From: Somniosus microcephalus
Lineage: Eukaryota
DNA length: 64,000 nucleotides
NCBI GenBank assembly: GCA_052327205.1
Contig: CM126202.1
Location: 83,886,001-83,950,000 of the forward strand
Direction of reading: 5' to 3'
Part shown: positions 49,472-62,029 of the stretch, piece by piece
Position numbering within the stretch: position 1 is the stretch's first letter
How the letters are laid out: every line of letters starts with the position of its first letter
Program-made: the position numbers and the translations under genes
Notes under the pieces: model-generated
Told to the model about the DNA's origin: nothing
The model's input: only the letters and a program-made list of their open reading frames with translations
The model's database searches: none

Positions 49472-50867
49472 GTATTGACTTTTGAGCTGCACTACCTCCA
49501 CTAGTGATCTTCATGCAGTCTGCAAATTATTTTGTTCTTTTAGCAGTGACCGTTGTCCCTTACACCATCCTGCGCTCACTCTCCTAAAGCTCCCTTCTGC
49601 TTTCTTTTGTTGAGCAGAGATTAGTTGCCTTTAATGTGGAAAGCTCCTTGATCTGGACTCATTTTCCTTGCTTTTGCTACTTGTCACTGAATTTTGCTGC
49701 ATGCCGCCTATTGTGATTGCAAGATCTAATTTGCAGTAGGGATTTTGCTTTCCGTTTAGGTTAATTCCTCCTGATTGAGTGAAACAGCATTTGTATTACC
49801 TATCCTTTTTCACTTTATTATTCTTGCTCACTTGGTGTGTTTCTCACTTTTGTTTCCTTTGTGTGCCCCTTTCTGTCTTTGTTTTTACTAGAGCGTCTTG
49901 ATTTTTAATGTATATTTACTTGCGGAAAAGCACAATTCGAAATTGTTGTCAAATTCTGACCAGGTTTGGCTTACAAGTGGATGAAAGTTAATGGGAAAAT
50001 CAATTTAATTTTCATTTAATGTTTGCAGACCAATATATCCTTGTTAGTAAAATAGGAAGGAGCACCTTCAGTGAGCAGTTTACTACTTCGGTGCTGTACT
50101 GTTCTATAATTCTAAACCCTACCTGCTTCTTCAACTTAACAGACATTTTGTATAAAGGAACTAAAAGTGGTACCTCTCAATTGGAGGCCTTCTGGTGGAG
50201 AGTCGTGATGGTGTCTAGTCACATCCAGAGCCACTCTATTGTATGTTGGTCAAACCGTTTTTCTTACTTTGGACACCTTTTGGATTGGCCTAAGGCTGGT
50301 CCATGCAAACAGACATATAGGTCAAGACTGACACTTATTAGAGTAGCTTTAAGTGGGGCAAAGACCTAAGTGGCAGATCTCTATGGGAGGGAAATAAATC
50401 TGGAACTTACAGAAATTGAATAATCTTCCATTGAATAATCTTTCATCAGTCTATGTTGCCAACTCGCCACCATTTCTTCTTGTAATATGTAAATGTAGGG
50501 GAGTGCCTTATACTGGAAGTACTACTTTTTCCCCCTTCAATGTTGTGTACAAATGAATGTTAAGGAACATACTTCATTGTATTTGGTTATTTACTTTATT
50601 GTTAAATTACTTGTGTAGCCTAAGAAATGTAATGAAAAAGGTTAAATGCTACTTGGAAAGCATGTCATATGTCATCATACCTGGATAAGCCTATTAATCT
50701 TCAAAATATTGAATACGCAGCAACTTCATAAGATTATAATGTGCTTTTCAAGTTTGTTTTTAAAAGTCTAGCATCTAGTTAAACACCACTGAAGAATTTC
50801 CAGAAAATAGTACCAGATAAATATATAGTATTTCCTTTTTTTAGCCTTATGTGCTGGTTGGATATTT

Positions 50868-51211
50868 CACAGATTCACAGAAACCCCACAATGCAGATAG
50901 AGGCCATTTCGGCCCATCGAGCCTGCACCGACACATATCCCACCCGATCCCCTTAACCCCTACACCAACACATATCCCACCCTATCCCCACGTATTTAAT
51001 CCCCCTAACACTAAGGGTCAATTTATCATAGCCAATCAACCTAACCTGCACATCTTTTGGACTGTGGGAGGAAACCGGAGCACCCGGAGGAAACCCACGC
51101 AAACACGGGGAGAATGTGCAAACTCCACACAGTCACCCGAGGTCGGATTCGAACCCGGGTCCCTGGCGCTGTGAGGCTACAGTGCTAACCACTATGCCAC
51201 CGTGCTGCCCC
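50868..51211 (-). mobile_element. Full-length HE1-type V-SINE
   Basis: tRNA head (GGGCAGCACGGTGGCATAGTGGTTAG, GGTTCGAATCC), V-domain GTTTCCTCCGGGTGCTCCGGTTTCCTCCCAC, CR1-type tail; TATTT on both flanks. Confidence 0.9.
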
Positions 51212-51563
51212 TATTTGTCCAAAGTGTTCAGACTTTTAGAAAATCAAGGTGTTCTGCTTTGGGTTCAAGGGAAATGGAAATAATTTTTTTCAAACAGTAG
51301 AGAAAGATTGCACAAATGACATGGTCATGTAATTATAACTTCAGGAAGATTTTAAAATGTCTTCGAAAGGTAGGCAACTCCATTAAACTGAGATTTATGT
51401 AAATATTAATGTATGCTGCATGTTCACAAGGGAGAACTCTATAGTCTGAAGAACACTGTTGTTTCCAGTGCAAGATAGAAAATGGCATTTAAAAAAAATA
51501 TATTTGTATGGTTCACATGGGAAGCAGTTAATTTGTTCAAACTGTGGGCTAACTTTCTTACAG

Positions 51564-51680
51564 GTGCTCAGTCAGACCAAGGGTATGGATCTAAAGATGA
51601 ACTTCGACGTGAAGACATTGAGCTTCATGAAGAAACACTGGTAGAAATTGGCTCATCTGGTACAATTAAAGAGCAAAAAG
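51564..51680 (+). CDS. DENND4C: DENND4C exon (G)AQSDQGYGSKDELRRE...KEQK (alternative donor at 51686)
   Basis: ttcttacag|GT GCT...AAA G|gtgaag; the QSDQGYGSKDEL motif is conserved; the 3' end is ambiguous between two in-phase donors 6 nt apart. Confidence 0.85.
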
Positions 51681-52479
51681 GTGAAGGTTATGAGAATCAA
51701 TGTGACTTTTAACTTAACACTAATCAAGTGTTTTCTTTGAATTTAATGTCGAACAACCTTTTGCACACAGTCAGCTATGCTGTCATGAGCATGAGTCAAG
51801 CAGCTAAGTACTTACCCATTGGGAGGTAAAGAACATTAGGGAAGGAGAGTCATCGCAGAGAGGTTCCTGCTGCAGCTTGTCAATTTGAGCAGCATTCCAG
51901 GGCAGGAGATGCTTTTAATTAATGGAATGTAGCTTGTTTAAAAAGATTTTGTACTGTAGATGTATATTTATGCCATAAATATTTGTTTATAGAGAAAATT
52001 ATAGTGAGCGCTAGGGAGGTAATAAATGGCATAAAGCACTTTTACCTTTAAGATCGCTGTTTAAAAAGTGATCATGTGGAAATGATATTATCCAACTGCG
52101 ATTTATTGTCACTTTATGTAGCTATTGGGTGAGAAGATTTGGTTCAGCTTGCCAGTGTTCCTTGTCTAGGCTCACATTAAGAATAACCAGATGGGTGAGG
52201 TACTGCAGCATGACTGGTGTATGTAGGACTCAGTCATGAGTCACTACCATGGAAAAAGGAGGAAAGACAACTGGAGGTTTTTTAAATAAATTCTTACCAA
52301 AAGAATTTGTATTGAAAAAAAAATCATTGAAAAACAATCTTTAGTTCACTCAGAACTAAAATAATGCCATTACTCTAATTCTGTTGCATCAATATTAGAA
52401 TCTTGCAAAATGCAGAACGGTTTCAGGTGATGTCGCAAAGTTTGAAAACTGTGAAGCAATTTCTTCAGCTGTCTAGAGG

Positions 52480-52660
52480 TTGAGGATGAGTAGGATCCAC
52501 CAGGAAGGTTGCTCAGACTGCCAGCCTCTGGTCCATGGTGACCTTGGAGAGGTATCACACGATGTCCACCAATGCGGTTGAAGCCTTCTACAACCGATGG
52601 CACCACTGGATATAGGCTGTCTGATAGATGGGCAAAATAATAGTGATTTAATATATTTTA
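52480..52660 (+). mobile_element. Tx1-like ORF2 C-terminal remnant
   Basis: VTLERYHTMSTNAVEAFYNRW / APLDIGCLIDGQNN across a frameshift; resembles 3833-4150. Confidence 0.5.
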
Positions 52661-53352
52661 GTTTGTTGAAGCCAGCTGTATTAATGGTGCCCTTCTGTAC
52701 ACAGAGGGCATTTGTAAACTGTTCCTTTGTTTTAGGCACTGGGTTAACTCCGGTACCACCCTATTAGCCCTTAAAAAGCATCTCAAATGATTAGAGACTT
52801 GATAATGCAGGGAGAAGTGTTTAAAAGCTTAGAAACTTCAACCTATCAAGTTTTCGCCTTTCATAGGACATGATGACTCTTCTCTTCCCCATTCCCAAAA
52901 AACAACCACCAGCATCCGGCCTCCCCTCCGCAAAATCTATTCCCTCTTCATAATCAATACGAATCAACATATGTTTATCTCAACAAACCTCAGTTAAATA
53001 TTGATCCAGTCCTTTTTTAATTGGCGAGAATCGATTCGTTTTTTCTGGTGCTTGTTCCCCATATCAATTATCTGTTGTAGAAAGGAATTTCTCAACTCTA
53101 TTCTTAAAGAAAGACTTGCAATTATATAATGCCTTTCACGACCACCAGACGCCTCGAAGCGCTTTACAGCCAATGAAATCTTGCTTGAGATCTGTGATTT
53201 TTTTTTTTTAGTTCTTGTATTTGAGTTCTGTGCTCACAGTCCATTCTCGTCTTTATTGTGTATATGTGGGTTTGAGTTGAGTTCCAAATCCTTCACTTGA
53301 ATTTGAAGTGGAAACCATCTTTAACTAAATTTACATTGCATTTCATCGACAG

Positions 53353-53490
53353 AAAAAAGCACAGACAAGACTGGTGCGGAACCAGCAGTGAGTAAAGTAA
53401 TTAAGAATTCCCACTCACCAGAAAGACTTCATTCAAGTAGCAGCATTGTAAAGCTGCAATGTGCTGCTGTTGGCAGCAGAGGAAGCAGCG
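53353..53490 (+). CDS. DENND4C: DENND4C exon (E)KSTDKTGAEPAVSKVIKNSHSPERLHSSSSIVKLQ...RGSS(G)
   Basis: catcgacag|AA...AGC G|gtaagc; 138 nt, phase 1-1; HSP...SSIVK...RxSS motif; otherwise divergent. Confidence 0.8.
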
Positions 53491-54604
53491 GTAAGCAATT
53501 GTTGTTTTTATTGCGAGTTATTAGTATTTTATTGGATTACAGTGTGTCTTGTCATTTTTGCATTACCAATTTATCTTCATTCTTTTCAATGGATTGCAAG
53601 TTTTTTGGAGTTCCTATGTGCCGCTAGAAATGGCGAAGGGGACTCTTGGGGAATCAAGTGATATGGGGATAGGGCAGGAAAGTGGAGTTGAGGTTGAAGA
53701 TCACGCATGATCTTATTGAATTGCGGAGCAGGCACGAAGGGCCATATGGCCTGCTCCTAGTTCTTAGTAGACAACACTTGCATGTAGTAAAATGCCCAAG
53801 ACCCTTCACAAGGGGAAATTTCAGACATATTTTAGGACCAAAGGGAGAACTGAGCACTGCTCAATTATCTGTGAATATTAACTTATTACTGTAATTTAAA
53901 AAAAACTCCTGAATTAAACCCAACTTTAATATCTGTTACCTTTCATCAGTCCTTTTGCTTTCTTTAAGAAATTAGTATGTGGAGGAAGGGGTTAATTGTG
54001 TGTGCTGCTTTTGGTTTTCACAGTTAATTATTTCAAAAACCAAAATGCTTTATTGGGGAATTTAAGAGTATTATGTGGAAAAACTAACAATGACGATAAA
54101 CAGGAAGGAACTTTACCATACCTTGGAGCATCTAAAGTATTGAAGAACTTTTATTTAATGGCCCAAAACTATACAGGTCATGTGAACATCCAAATAATGA
54201 CTCAATGTGTGGGAAATGTTGTTCTACATCAATTAAAATTTCATAAAATTCAGTTTTTTCAAGTTGAGCTATTGCATGGTTTAAGTTTTAAGAAAATACT
54301 GTGCAGATTCTGTATGAAATGCTTTGCCACAGGAACATTGCGCGACTGGCCAGCTGCCGGTTTCAGGCGAGAAACTGACCGTGGCATGCTGCCAAAGTTA
54401 GGATGGTTCTCACCTCCCCTCTGTCAGCACCCACTCGATTCACATCCCAGTTCAAATCATGGCTGGTGTCTTTGCTTCTACGGCACTGGGCGAGTCCCAC
54501 ATTCAGGTTTCATGTATTGACTTTTGAAAATAGCATGTGAATGAACACCTTTGTAATCTCCCTGCTTTAGATTGTATTTTTTTTTCCTGTTTGTTACTGT
54601 CAAC

Positions 54605-54995
54605 CTTTGCACAGCAGCACCACTCTCATTTCTGAGTCATAAAGTCGTGGGTTCAAGCCCCACTCTAGAGACTGGAGGACATAATCTAGGCTGATACTTT
54701 TGGAGGTTCCTCTTTTTGATGAGACATTAAACTGAGGCCATGTCCTGTGGTACTATTCAGAGATGATCAGGAGAGTTCTTCTGGTGTCCTGGCCAATATT
54801 TATCCCTCAACCAACATCACTAAAACTGATTATCTCCTCTTATCTCATTGCTGTTTGCTAGACCTCACTGTGCCAATTGGCTGCCACGTTTCCATACATG
54901 ACAACAGTAACTACACTCAAAAAATACTTAATTGGTTATCAAGTGCTTTGGGACTTCCTGAGGACCGGAAAGGTGCTATATAAAAGCAAGTTCAT
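54605..54995 (+). mobile_element. SacSINE1/DeuSINE-type SINE
   Basis: B-box GGGTTCAAGCCC; GGTGTCCTGGCCAATATTTATCCCTCAACC; L2-like tail. Confidence 0.82.
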
Positions 54996-55694
54996 TCTTT
55001 TTTCCCCATAAGGATTTATTTCAGTTGTCAATGCTATTTTTATTGGAGCTTCAATGCAATTCTTACAGCTCCCTCTGAATGGATACTTAAAATCAGCATA
55101 GGATTGCAACAGCACTGCAAAAAGTGACCACTTTATTTGCTACAGGTTTCTGAGGAAAATCTTGGCAACTTTCTTCTGTGCACCAAGTGTAATTAAATCA
55201 TAAACCTGCCTATAGACAACAGTTTTATGATTTTGCTATACCTAATGCACAGGATATCTTTGACTCTTGTCCCTGTCTTTACTTAAAGCCTATTGAACTT
55301 TAAAGACTAACAGCTCATATAATTGGAGAACTTGATATCTATCTTTTGAAAGAATATGAAAAGGAATCTTTTTACTTTGGGATTTCATACTGAAAATGAA
55401 AGCTAATACCACTTCCACTGAGGAATAAGAAGTCTTGGTATATTTTTATAGTCTTTAATATGTGTAACAGTCCTTTCTAAGTCTCAACAGGAACTCCTGT
55501 GGTTCACATGTCCGACAAGTTCATCTTTCAGAGTCGCTAAACTGGTTAAATTCTCCTGCTAAGAAAATGTAATTACAGAATGTAAAAATTAGTAAGGATA
55601 TGGCCTGAATCCTGTAATTCATGTTAATGAGTAAGATAGCAGGAATGGGTAGGCAAGAATGATTCTTTTAGGATGTCACACAACTGTAAAACTA

Positions 55695-56120
55695 AGAGAT
55701 TTGCATTTATGAGATACTTTTCACAGCCTTGGGACTTCCCAAAGTGCTTTAAAGCCAATGAAGTAATTTTTGAAGTGTAGTCCCTGTTGTGACCTAGGGA
55801 AATGCAACAGTCAATTTGCACACAGCAAGGTCCCACAACCAGCAATGTGATAATGACGAGATAATCTGTTTTTAGGTGTTGGTTGAGTGATAAATATTGG
55901 TCTGGGCACTGAGAACTCCGTGCTGCTTCGAAAAGTACTATGGGATAGTTTATTCCACCCAAGAGGGCAGATGGGGCTTTGGTTTAACGTCTCATCTGAA
56001 AGACCGCAGTGCCTCAGTTCTGACTGAAGTATCAGCCTGGATTTTGTGCTCAAGTCTCTGGAGTGGGACTTGCCTCCAAGTCAGAAGGTTGTGGGTTCAA
56101 GAGTTCCACCACTGAGCCAA
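55695..56120 (-). mobile_element. SacSINE1/DeuSINE-type SINE with a micro-inversion in its head
   Basis: Reverse complement of the 44361 family. Confidence 0.82.
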
Positions 56121-56686
56121 TTCTTTTTAACCATTTCCTGTGAGTTGGTTATTGGTGCTTTTCAAATGCCATAGGCCCAGTTTGCTTCAAATGTAGTAGA
56201 AAGTGATTTTCTTTTTGTTTGGCTGTGTCCTCTTCCTCCCCATCCTTCTCACAATTTGCTCCTGGTCCTCTGTCAGTAATGCTCTTGAACGCTAGGATAT
56301 GTAGAAGACTATTCTGAGGTGATTTTCTATCTGTCTTCCACCAACCCTGTCTTACATTTGTTTCTCTTGAATATGTGGCTGAGGATTATTTGTCATGTGA
56401 AGAATTATGCGAACTTGTATTATTTGTGGTGCCAACCATTTATTAACACTCCAGACATGAAGTTCCCTTGATTGTTGTACTTGTTTGTATATTGGCTTTA
56501 ATATTTGTTCTGACTGGTGTTTTTAAAAACATTTGAGGATTACTGATTAATTGGAATGGAGCTTCCGTACACCTCCACCTTCATTTAGTTTTAAGGCACA
56601 GCTGTTCATTTATTGAAATAAGGGAACAATAAATTGTATGACTTGTCAACATTAATCCTTTACTTTTGCTATCTTTTCAATGCTAG

Positions 56687-57828
56687 GTAATTTGGCTAGC
56701 TTGCTGCTGGTTGATAATGACAATTATCAAGATGGTGATGGAGTTGGTGACCCCCGTACTCGAGCACACAGAAAGAACAGCGAGAAAAGCCAACAGCGGC
56801 AAAAGCTCTGGGCAGAAAGGAGTTGCAGTTTCAGTGCTGATATGCGGTCTAACATGTTACTTAAAAAGGGAAGCCTTGAAACTGATCCAAATGAGATAGC
56901 GGAGATGATGGGTGCTGATGCTAGGATCCTCGCTGCTGCTTTGTGCAGTACCGAAGAGCTATCTTCAAAGATTAAGACCTCTCCAACCTTGGATCACTTA
57001 GCCAATCAAACTGGAGAGTGTCAAGGTGATGACAGCAAAATTACTGTTGATAAATGCTTGGGTGTTTCACCTGAAGTGGAAGCATCATTTGTTGATACTG
57101 AGACTGCAGTGATGACTAAAAATGCAGCATTTGTAATGGAGGACCTACAGGTTGAACCAGATACTTTTCTTCCAATTGATGAAGGAAATGAAGCTGAAGA
57201 TCCCATGCAGAAAAGGACTAGTGTGTACCCTGCAGTTAAACCTGTAGAAAGAGAAGATGTTAAGATGGGTTTTGACCCATTATCATTGCTGGTCTCGGAG
57301 ACTGAAAAGAAAATTCCCTCTAATGTTGAGAATGTACCACCAGTTGTCTCTCGAAAACTTGCTGATGAGATTGAAATGTATATGAACCTTAAAAGCCCTC
57401 TTGGGGACAAATCAGCCAGTATGGAACTGCACAAGACTGAGAATGAAGAGAAGCCTTCAGGTGTCAGTGATGGCGTGCACGGTCATGCACAGGAAAGAAG
57501 GTCAAGTCTCCCATCTAGCCCTCTTCCACCGGAAGATCTACAAGCAACATCTATATCTGTGTCCCGGTCAAAAACATTTGCTGGCCAACCTAAAGTGCAA
57601 AAGCCAGTTTCACAGAAAATGCGTTCGACTTCATTAACTGCCTTGGTGAGGAACACCCAGCATGGCTCCTTGGGGTCCGTGGTTACATCAATTTCAGGAT
57701 TTAAGCTTGACAATCTGCTCTCTGGACCCAAGATGGATGTACTTAAGTCTGGTATGAAACAAGCAGCAAATGTTGCCAGCAAGATGTGGGGAGCTGTGGC
57801 ATCAGCATACTCCTACTCTGATGATGAG
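56687..57828 (+). CDS. DENND4C: DENND4C large central exon (G)NLASLL...ERSCSFS...DPLSLL...AYSYSDDE
   Basis: aatgctag|GT AAT...GATGAG|gttaga; 1142 nt; ORF 56680..57870. Confidence 0.96.
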
Positions 57829-57946
57829 GTTAGACACAACTTTGCTCACTGCATAGTGGATTTGTTTTGAGAGGCAGTAGGATAAGAAATTTATTTCACA
57901 AGTCAATCATGCAGATTGTAATACTATCTCGCCTTTTAGATTCTCA

Positions 57947-60900
57947 ATAGAAACATAGAAGATAGGAGCAGGAGTAGGCCATTCGGCCCCTCGAGCCTGC
58001 TCCGCCATTCAATGAGATCATGGCTGATCATCCAAATTCAGTACCCTGTTCCTGCCTTCTCCCCATATCCCTTGATCCCTTTAGCCTTAAGAAATATATC
58101 TACCTCCTTCTTGAATATATTTAATGAATTATCATAATCATAATCATCAACTTTATTGTCATTGTTAGTGCACAAGTGCAGTACAACGAAATGTAGGCTT
58201 GCGGCTCCTGAGAGTGTACATTTAGATTAAGACATTTAAACATTCAACATACATTTGGCTTGTAATACATTAACATAAACATAACCATAATAAAGTGCAT
58301 TGGCAGATGTGCAGGCTTTAGAGTTTATTTGTGGAGTTCAGTAGGATGACAGCCCTGGGAAAGAAGCTGTTCCTAAATCTGGTCGTACGGGTGCGAATGC
58401 ATCTGTAGCGTCTCCCAGATGGCAGGAGGGCGAACAGACTGTGGCTGGGGTGGCCTCTACTGCCTTCTGTGGTAGAGAATTCCACAGGTTTACCACTCTC
58501 TGGGTGAAGAAATTCCTCCTCATCTCTGTCCTAAATGGCTTACCCCTTATCCTTAGACTGTGACCCCTGGTTCTGGACTCCCTGACCATCAGGAACATCC
58601 TTCCTGCATCTAGTCTGTCTAGTCCTTTTACAATTTTATAAGTTTCAATGAGGTCCCCTCTCATTCTTCTAAACTCCAGCGAGCATAAGCCCAATCGACC
58701 CAATCTCTCCTCATACGTCATTCCTGCCATCCCAGGTATCAGCCTGGTGAATCTTCGCTGCACTCCCTCCATGGCAAGAACATCCTTCCTCAGATAAGGC
58801 GACCAAAACTGCACACAATACTCGAGGTGTGGTCTCACCAAGGCCCTGTACAACTGCAGCAAGACATCCTTGTTCCTGTACTCAAACCCTCTCGCTACGA
58901 AGGCCAACATACCATTTGCCTTCTTAACCGCCTGCTGCACCTGCATGCTTACCTTCAGCGACTGGTGCACAAGGACACCCAGGTCTCGTTGCACTTCCCC
59001 TTTCTCCCAATCTATTGCCATTCAGATAATCTGCCTTCCTGTTTTTGACACCAAAGTGGATAACCTTGCATTTATCCACATTATATTGCATCTGCCATGC
59101 TTCCGCCCAATCACCCAACCTGTCCAAATCATACTGGAGTTTCTCGGCATCCTCCTCACAGCACACATGCCCACCCAGCTTTGTTGTCTGCAAACTTGGA
59201 GATATTACATCTAGTTCCCTCGTCTAGATCATTAATATATATATTGTGAATAGCTGGGGTCCAAGGACCGATCCCTGCGGTACCCCACTAGTCACTGCCT
59301 GCCACTCGGAAAAAGCCGTTTATTCCAACTCTTTGCTTTCTGTCTGCCAACCAGTTCTCTATCCAAGTCAATACCTTGCCCCCAATCTCATGTGCCTTAA
59401 CTTTACACGCTAATCTCTTATGCGGGACCTTATCAAACGCCTTTTGAAAGTCCAAATACACCACATCCACTGGTTCTCCCTTATCTATTTTACCAGTTAT
59501 ATCCTCAAAAAATTCCAGTAGATTAGTCAAGCACGATTTACCCTTTGTAAATCCATGTTGACTTTGTCCAATCCGGTCACTGTTTTCCAAGTGCTCTGCT
59601 ATTACATCTTTTATAATGGACTCTAGCATTTTCCCCACTACCGATGTCAGGCTTACCGGTCTGTAAGTCTCCGTTTTCTCTCTACCACCTTTTTTGAATA
59701 GTGGGGTAACATTAGCTACCCTCCAATCCATGGGTACTGTTCCAGAGTCTATCGAATTTTGGAAGATGACCAGCAATGCAACTACTATTTCTAGGGCCAC
59801 TTCCTTAAGTACCCTAGGATGTAGATTATCAGGCCCTGGGGATTTATCGGCCCTCAATCCCATCAATTTCCCTAACACCATTTCCCTACAAATACTGATT
59901 TCTTTCAGTTCCTCCCTTTCATTAGACCCTATGTTCCCCGACATCTCTGGGAGGTTATTTGTGTCCTTCTTTGTGAAGACAGAACCAAAGTATGTATTTG
60001 ATTGGTCTGCCATTTTTTTGTTCCCCATTATAAATTCCCCTGATTCTGACCAAGGGACCTACGCTTGACTTCACCAATCTTTTTCTCTTCACGTATCTAT
60101 AAAAGCTTTTACAGTCAGTTTTTATGTTCCTTGAAAGCTTACTCTCATACTCTATTTCCCCCCTCTTAATTAATCCCTTTGTCCCCCTTTGTTGAATCCT
60201 AAACTGCTCCCAATCCTCAAGTTTACTGCTTTTTCTGGCCAATTTATATGTCCTCTCCTTGGATCTTATGCTATCCCTAATTTCCCTTGTTAGCCACGGT
60301 TGAGTCGCCTTTTTTGTTTTATTTTTCTGCCAAACTGGGATGAACAAATTCTGTCGTTCATCCATGCGATCTTTGAATGTTTGCCATTGCCTATCCACCG
60401 TCAACCCTTTGAGTGACATTCCCCATCAATCCTACCCAACTTGCGCCTCATACCATCGTAGTTTCCTTTATTTAAATTCAGGACCCTAGTCTCTGAGTCA
60501 ACTACTTCACTCTCCATCTTAATGAAGAATTCGATCATATGATCGCTCCGACCCAAGGGGCCTTGCACAACAAGATTGCTAATTAATCCTTTCTCATTAC
60601 ATAATACCCAGTCCAAGATGGCCTGATCTCTAGTTGCCGAGGAACCATATTGATCCAGGGAACCATCCCAGGAATGCCTCCTCCACAGTATTGTTACTAA
60701 TTTGGTTAGCCCAATCTATATGTAGATTAAAGTCACCCATGATAACTGCTGTGCCCTTATTGCATGCTTCTCTAATTTCCCTTTTAATGCCATCCCCAAC
60801 CTCCGCATTACTGTTTGGAGGTCTATATACCACTCCCACTAACGTTTTCTGCCCCTTCGTATTTCTCAGTTCTACCCATACAGCTTCCACATCATCAGAG

Positions 60901-61080
60901 CTAATATCCTTCCTTACAATTGTGTTAATCCCTTCTTTAACCAGCAATGCTACCCCACCTCCCTTTCCTTTTTGCCTATCTTTCCTGAATATTAAATACC
61001 CCTGCATGTTGAGTTCCCAGCCTTGGCCACCCTGGAGCCATGTTTCCGTAATCCCAATCATATCATATTCGTTTACCTCT
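57947..61080 (-). mobile_element. About 3-kb CR1 LINE ORF2 (APE endonuclease plus RT), 5' truncated and frameshifted
   Basis: IGITETWL...GVVYRPP...GDFNL (EN); KSPGPD, YRPVSLTS, QHGF, LDFQKAFDKVPH (RT); LVRPHLEYCVQFWSP. Confidence 0.95.
58131..58450 (-). mobile_element. Rex1/Babar LINE 3' end nested in CR1
   Basis: Minus-strand HPSHSLFALLPSGRRYRCIRTRTTRFRNSFFPRAVILLNS, then AATAAA and a (TGATTA)n tail. Confidence 0.8.
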
Positions 61081-62029
61081 AATACTGTACAAGATCTGTT
61101 TTTATAAAAATATATACAAGGAGTTGTTCAGATGTGCTATTCTATCAACAGTGTGATAGGTGGCCAGCTTGCTGGAGCCTGATTGGTGGGAACAAGGGCT
61201 TCCAAACTTTTTTTTCCTTTTTATTTGACAATTGCCTCAATTTGGGTATAGATGTTGATGATGGGCACAGAAGCTAGTCATCAAGGACCTTGTACTTTGG
61301 GCAATTCAGCAGTGCAGTGCCCTTGGGCAGCTATATCACTTTTCAGTTGCTATCTAGTGGAAAAGGAAATACAATTGCTGCGTATAATGACATCTATCAA
61401 TGATCTGTGTGATGCATGGCGTTGGCTGATGCAGAAAGGAGAGACAAAAACTGTTGGGGGTTCTGGTGACCTTTCCTGCTAGTAGCAGTGCCAATCCTAT
61501 GGTCCAGAGTATCTGTAGATGTCTTTGCAATTGGCTTCCTCCTGAACCAGAGACTGGAGCCAAGTAGATGCGTCAGGGCCTGAACATATTGTTAGTTGAC
61601 ATCAAGATGGATGCAGTTAGCCTGGCTGTAGTTTCTGGTGATCTCCCTGCCATGCCGCCTTCAATTTTATACTACTTAAAACATGAGAACTGTACGATAC
61701 TTTCAAAGCACCTTCCAGTAGTAAGGCAACATTGACTTGTCCAAAAGTATAGAACTTGGTGTTGTTTCTATTAGGATGCAGCACAGTATCCGAAGGTGTT
61801 GATATTTGGTTGACACCATACAGCTGCCATCTCCTTCAAGGATCTTCCTCCTGTTGGAAAGAGTTCCAGTATAGTCTTATTACTGTTGACTATGATTATG
61901 CTGCTTCTCTAATTAAATAAATATCCTGACCATGGTCTTAACAGGAAAAAGTCAGGAATATTCGCTGGAAAAATGAAACTCCTACAATAAAGTTTTGCAA
62001 ATTAAAAAAAATACATTAGCTGAGGAATA

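Larger units (their letters stand above)
11931..57828 (+). other. DENND4C: DENND4C gene, internal part (20 coding exons; 5' and 3' ends outside the window)
   Basis: Spliced exons give a continuous frame with paralog-diagnostic DENND4C peptides as I recall them ([59 protein letters not shown]). All intron phases are compatible. Confidence 0.95.

Noticed and set aside
52428-52480. Possible DENND4C exon GDVAKFENCEAISSAV
   Set aside because: It runs into TAG with no donor, and the adjacent sequence is better explained as a Tx1 remnant.
53312-53352. U12-type branch-point-like ATCTTTAAC before exon 53353
   Set aside because: The upstream donors are not U12 type (no GTATCCTT or ATATCCTT).
57021-57782. 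Antisense and alternate-frame ORFs over the large exon
   Set aside because: Shadow ORFs of the DENND4C exon with no independent support.
58338-61061. Intact or domesticated reverse transcriptase gene
   Set aside because: ORF2 is broken into at least five frames, is 5' truncated and is interrupted by Rex1. It is a dead CR1 copy.
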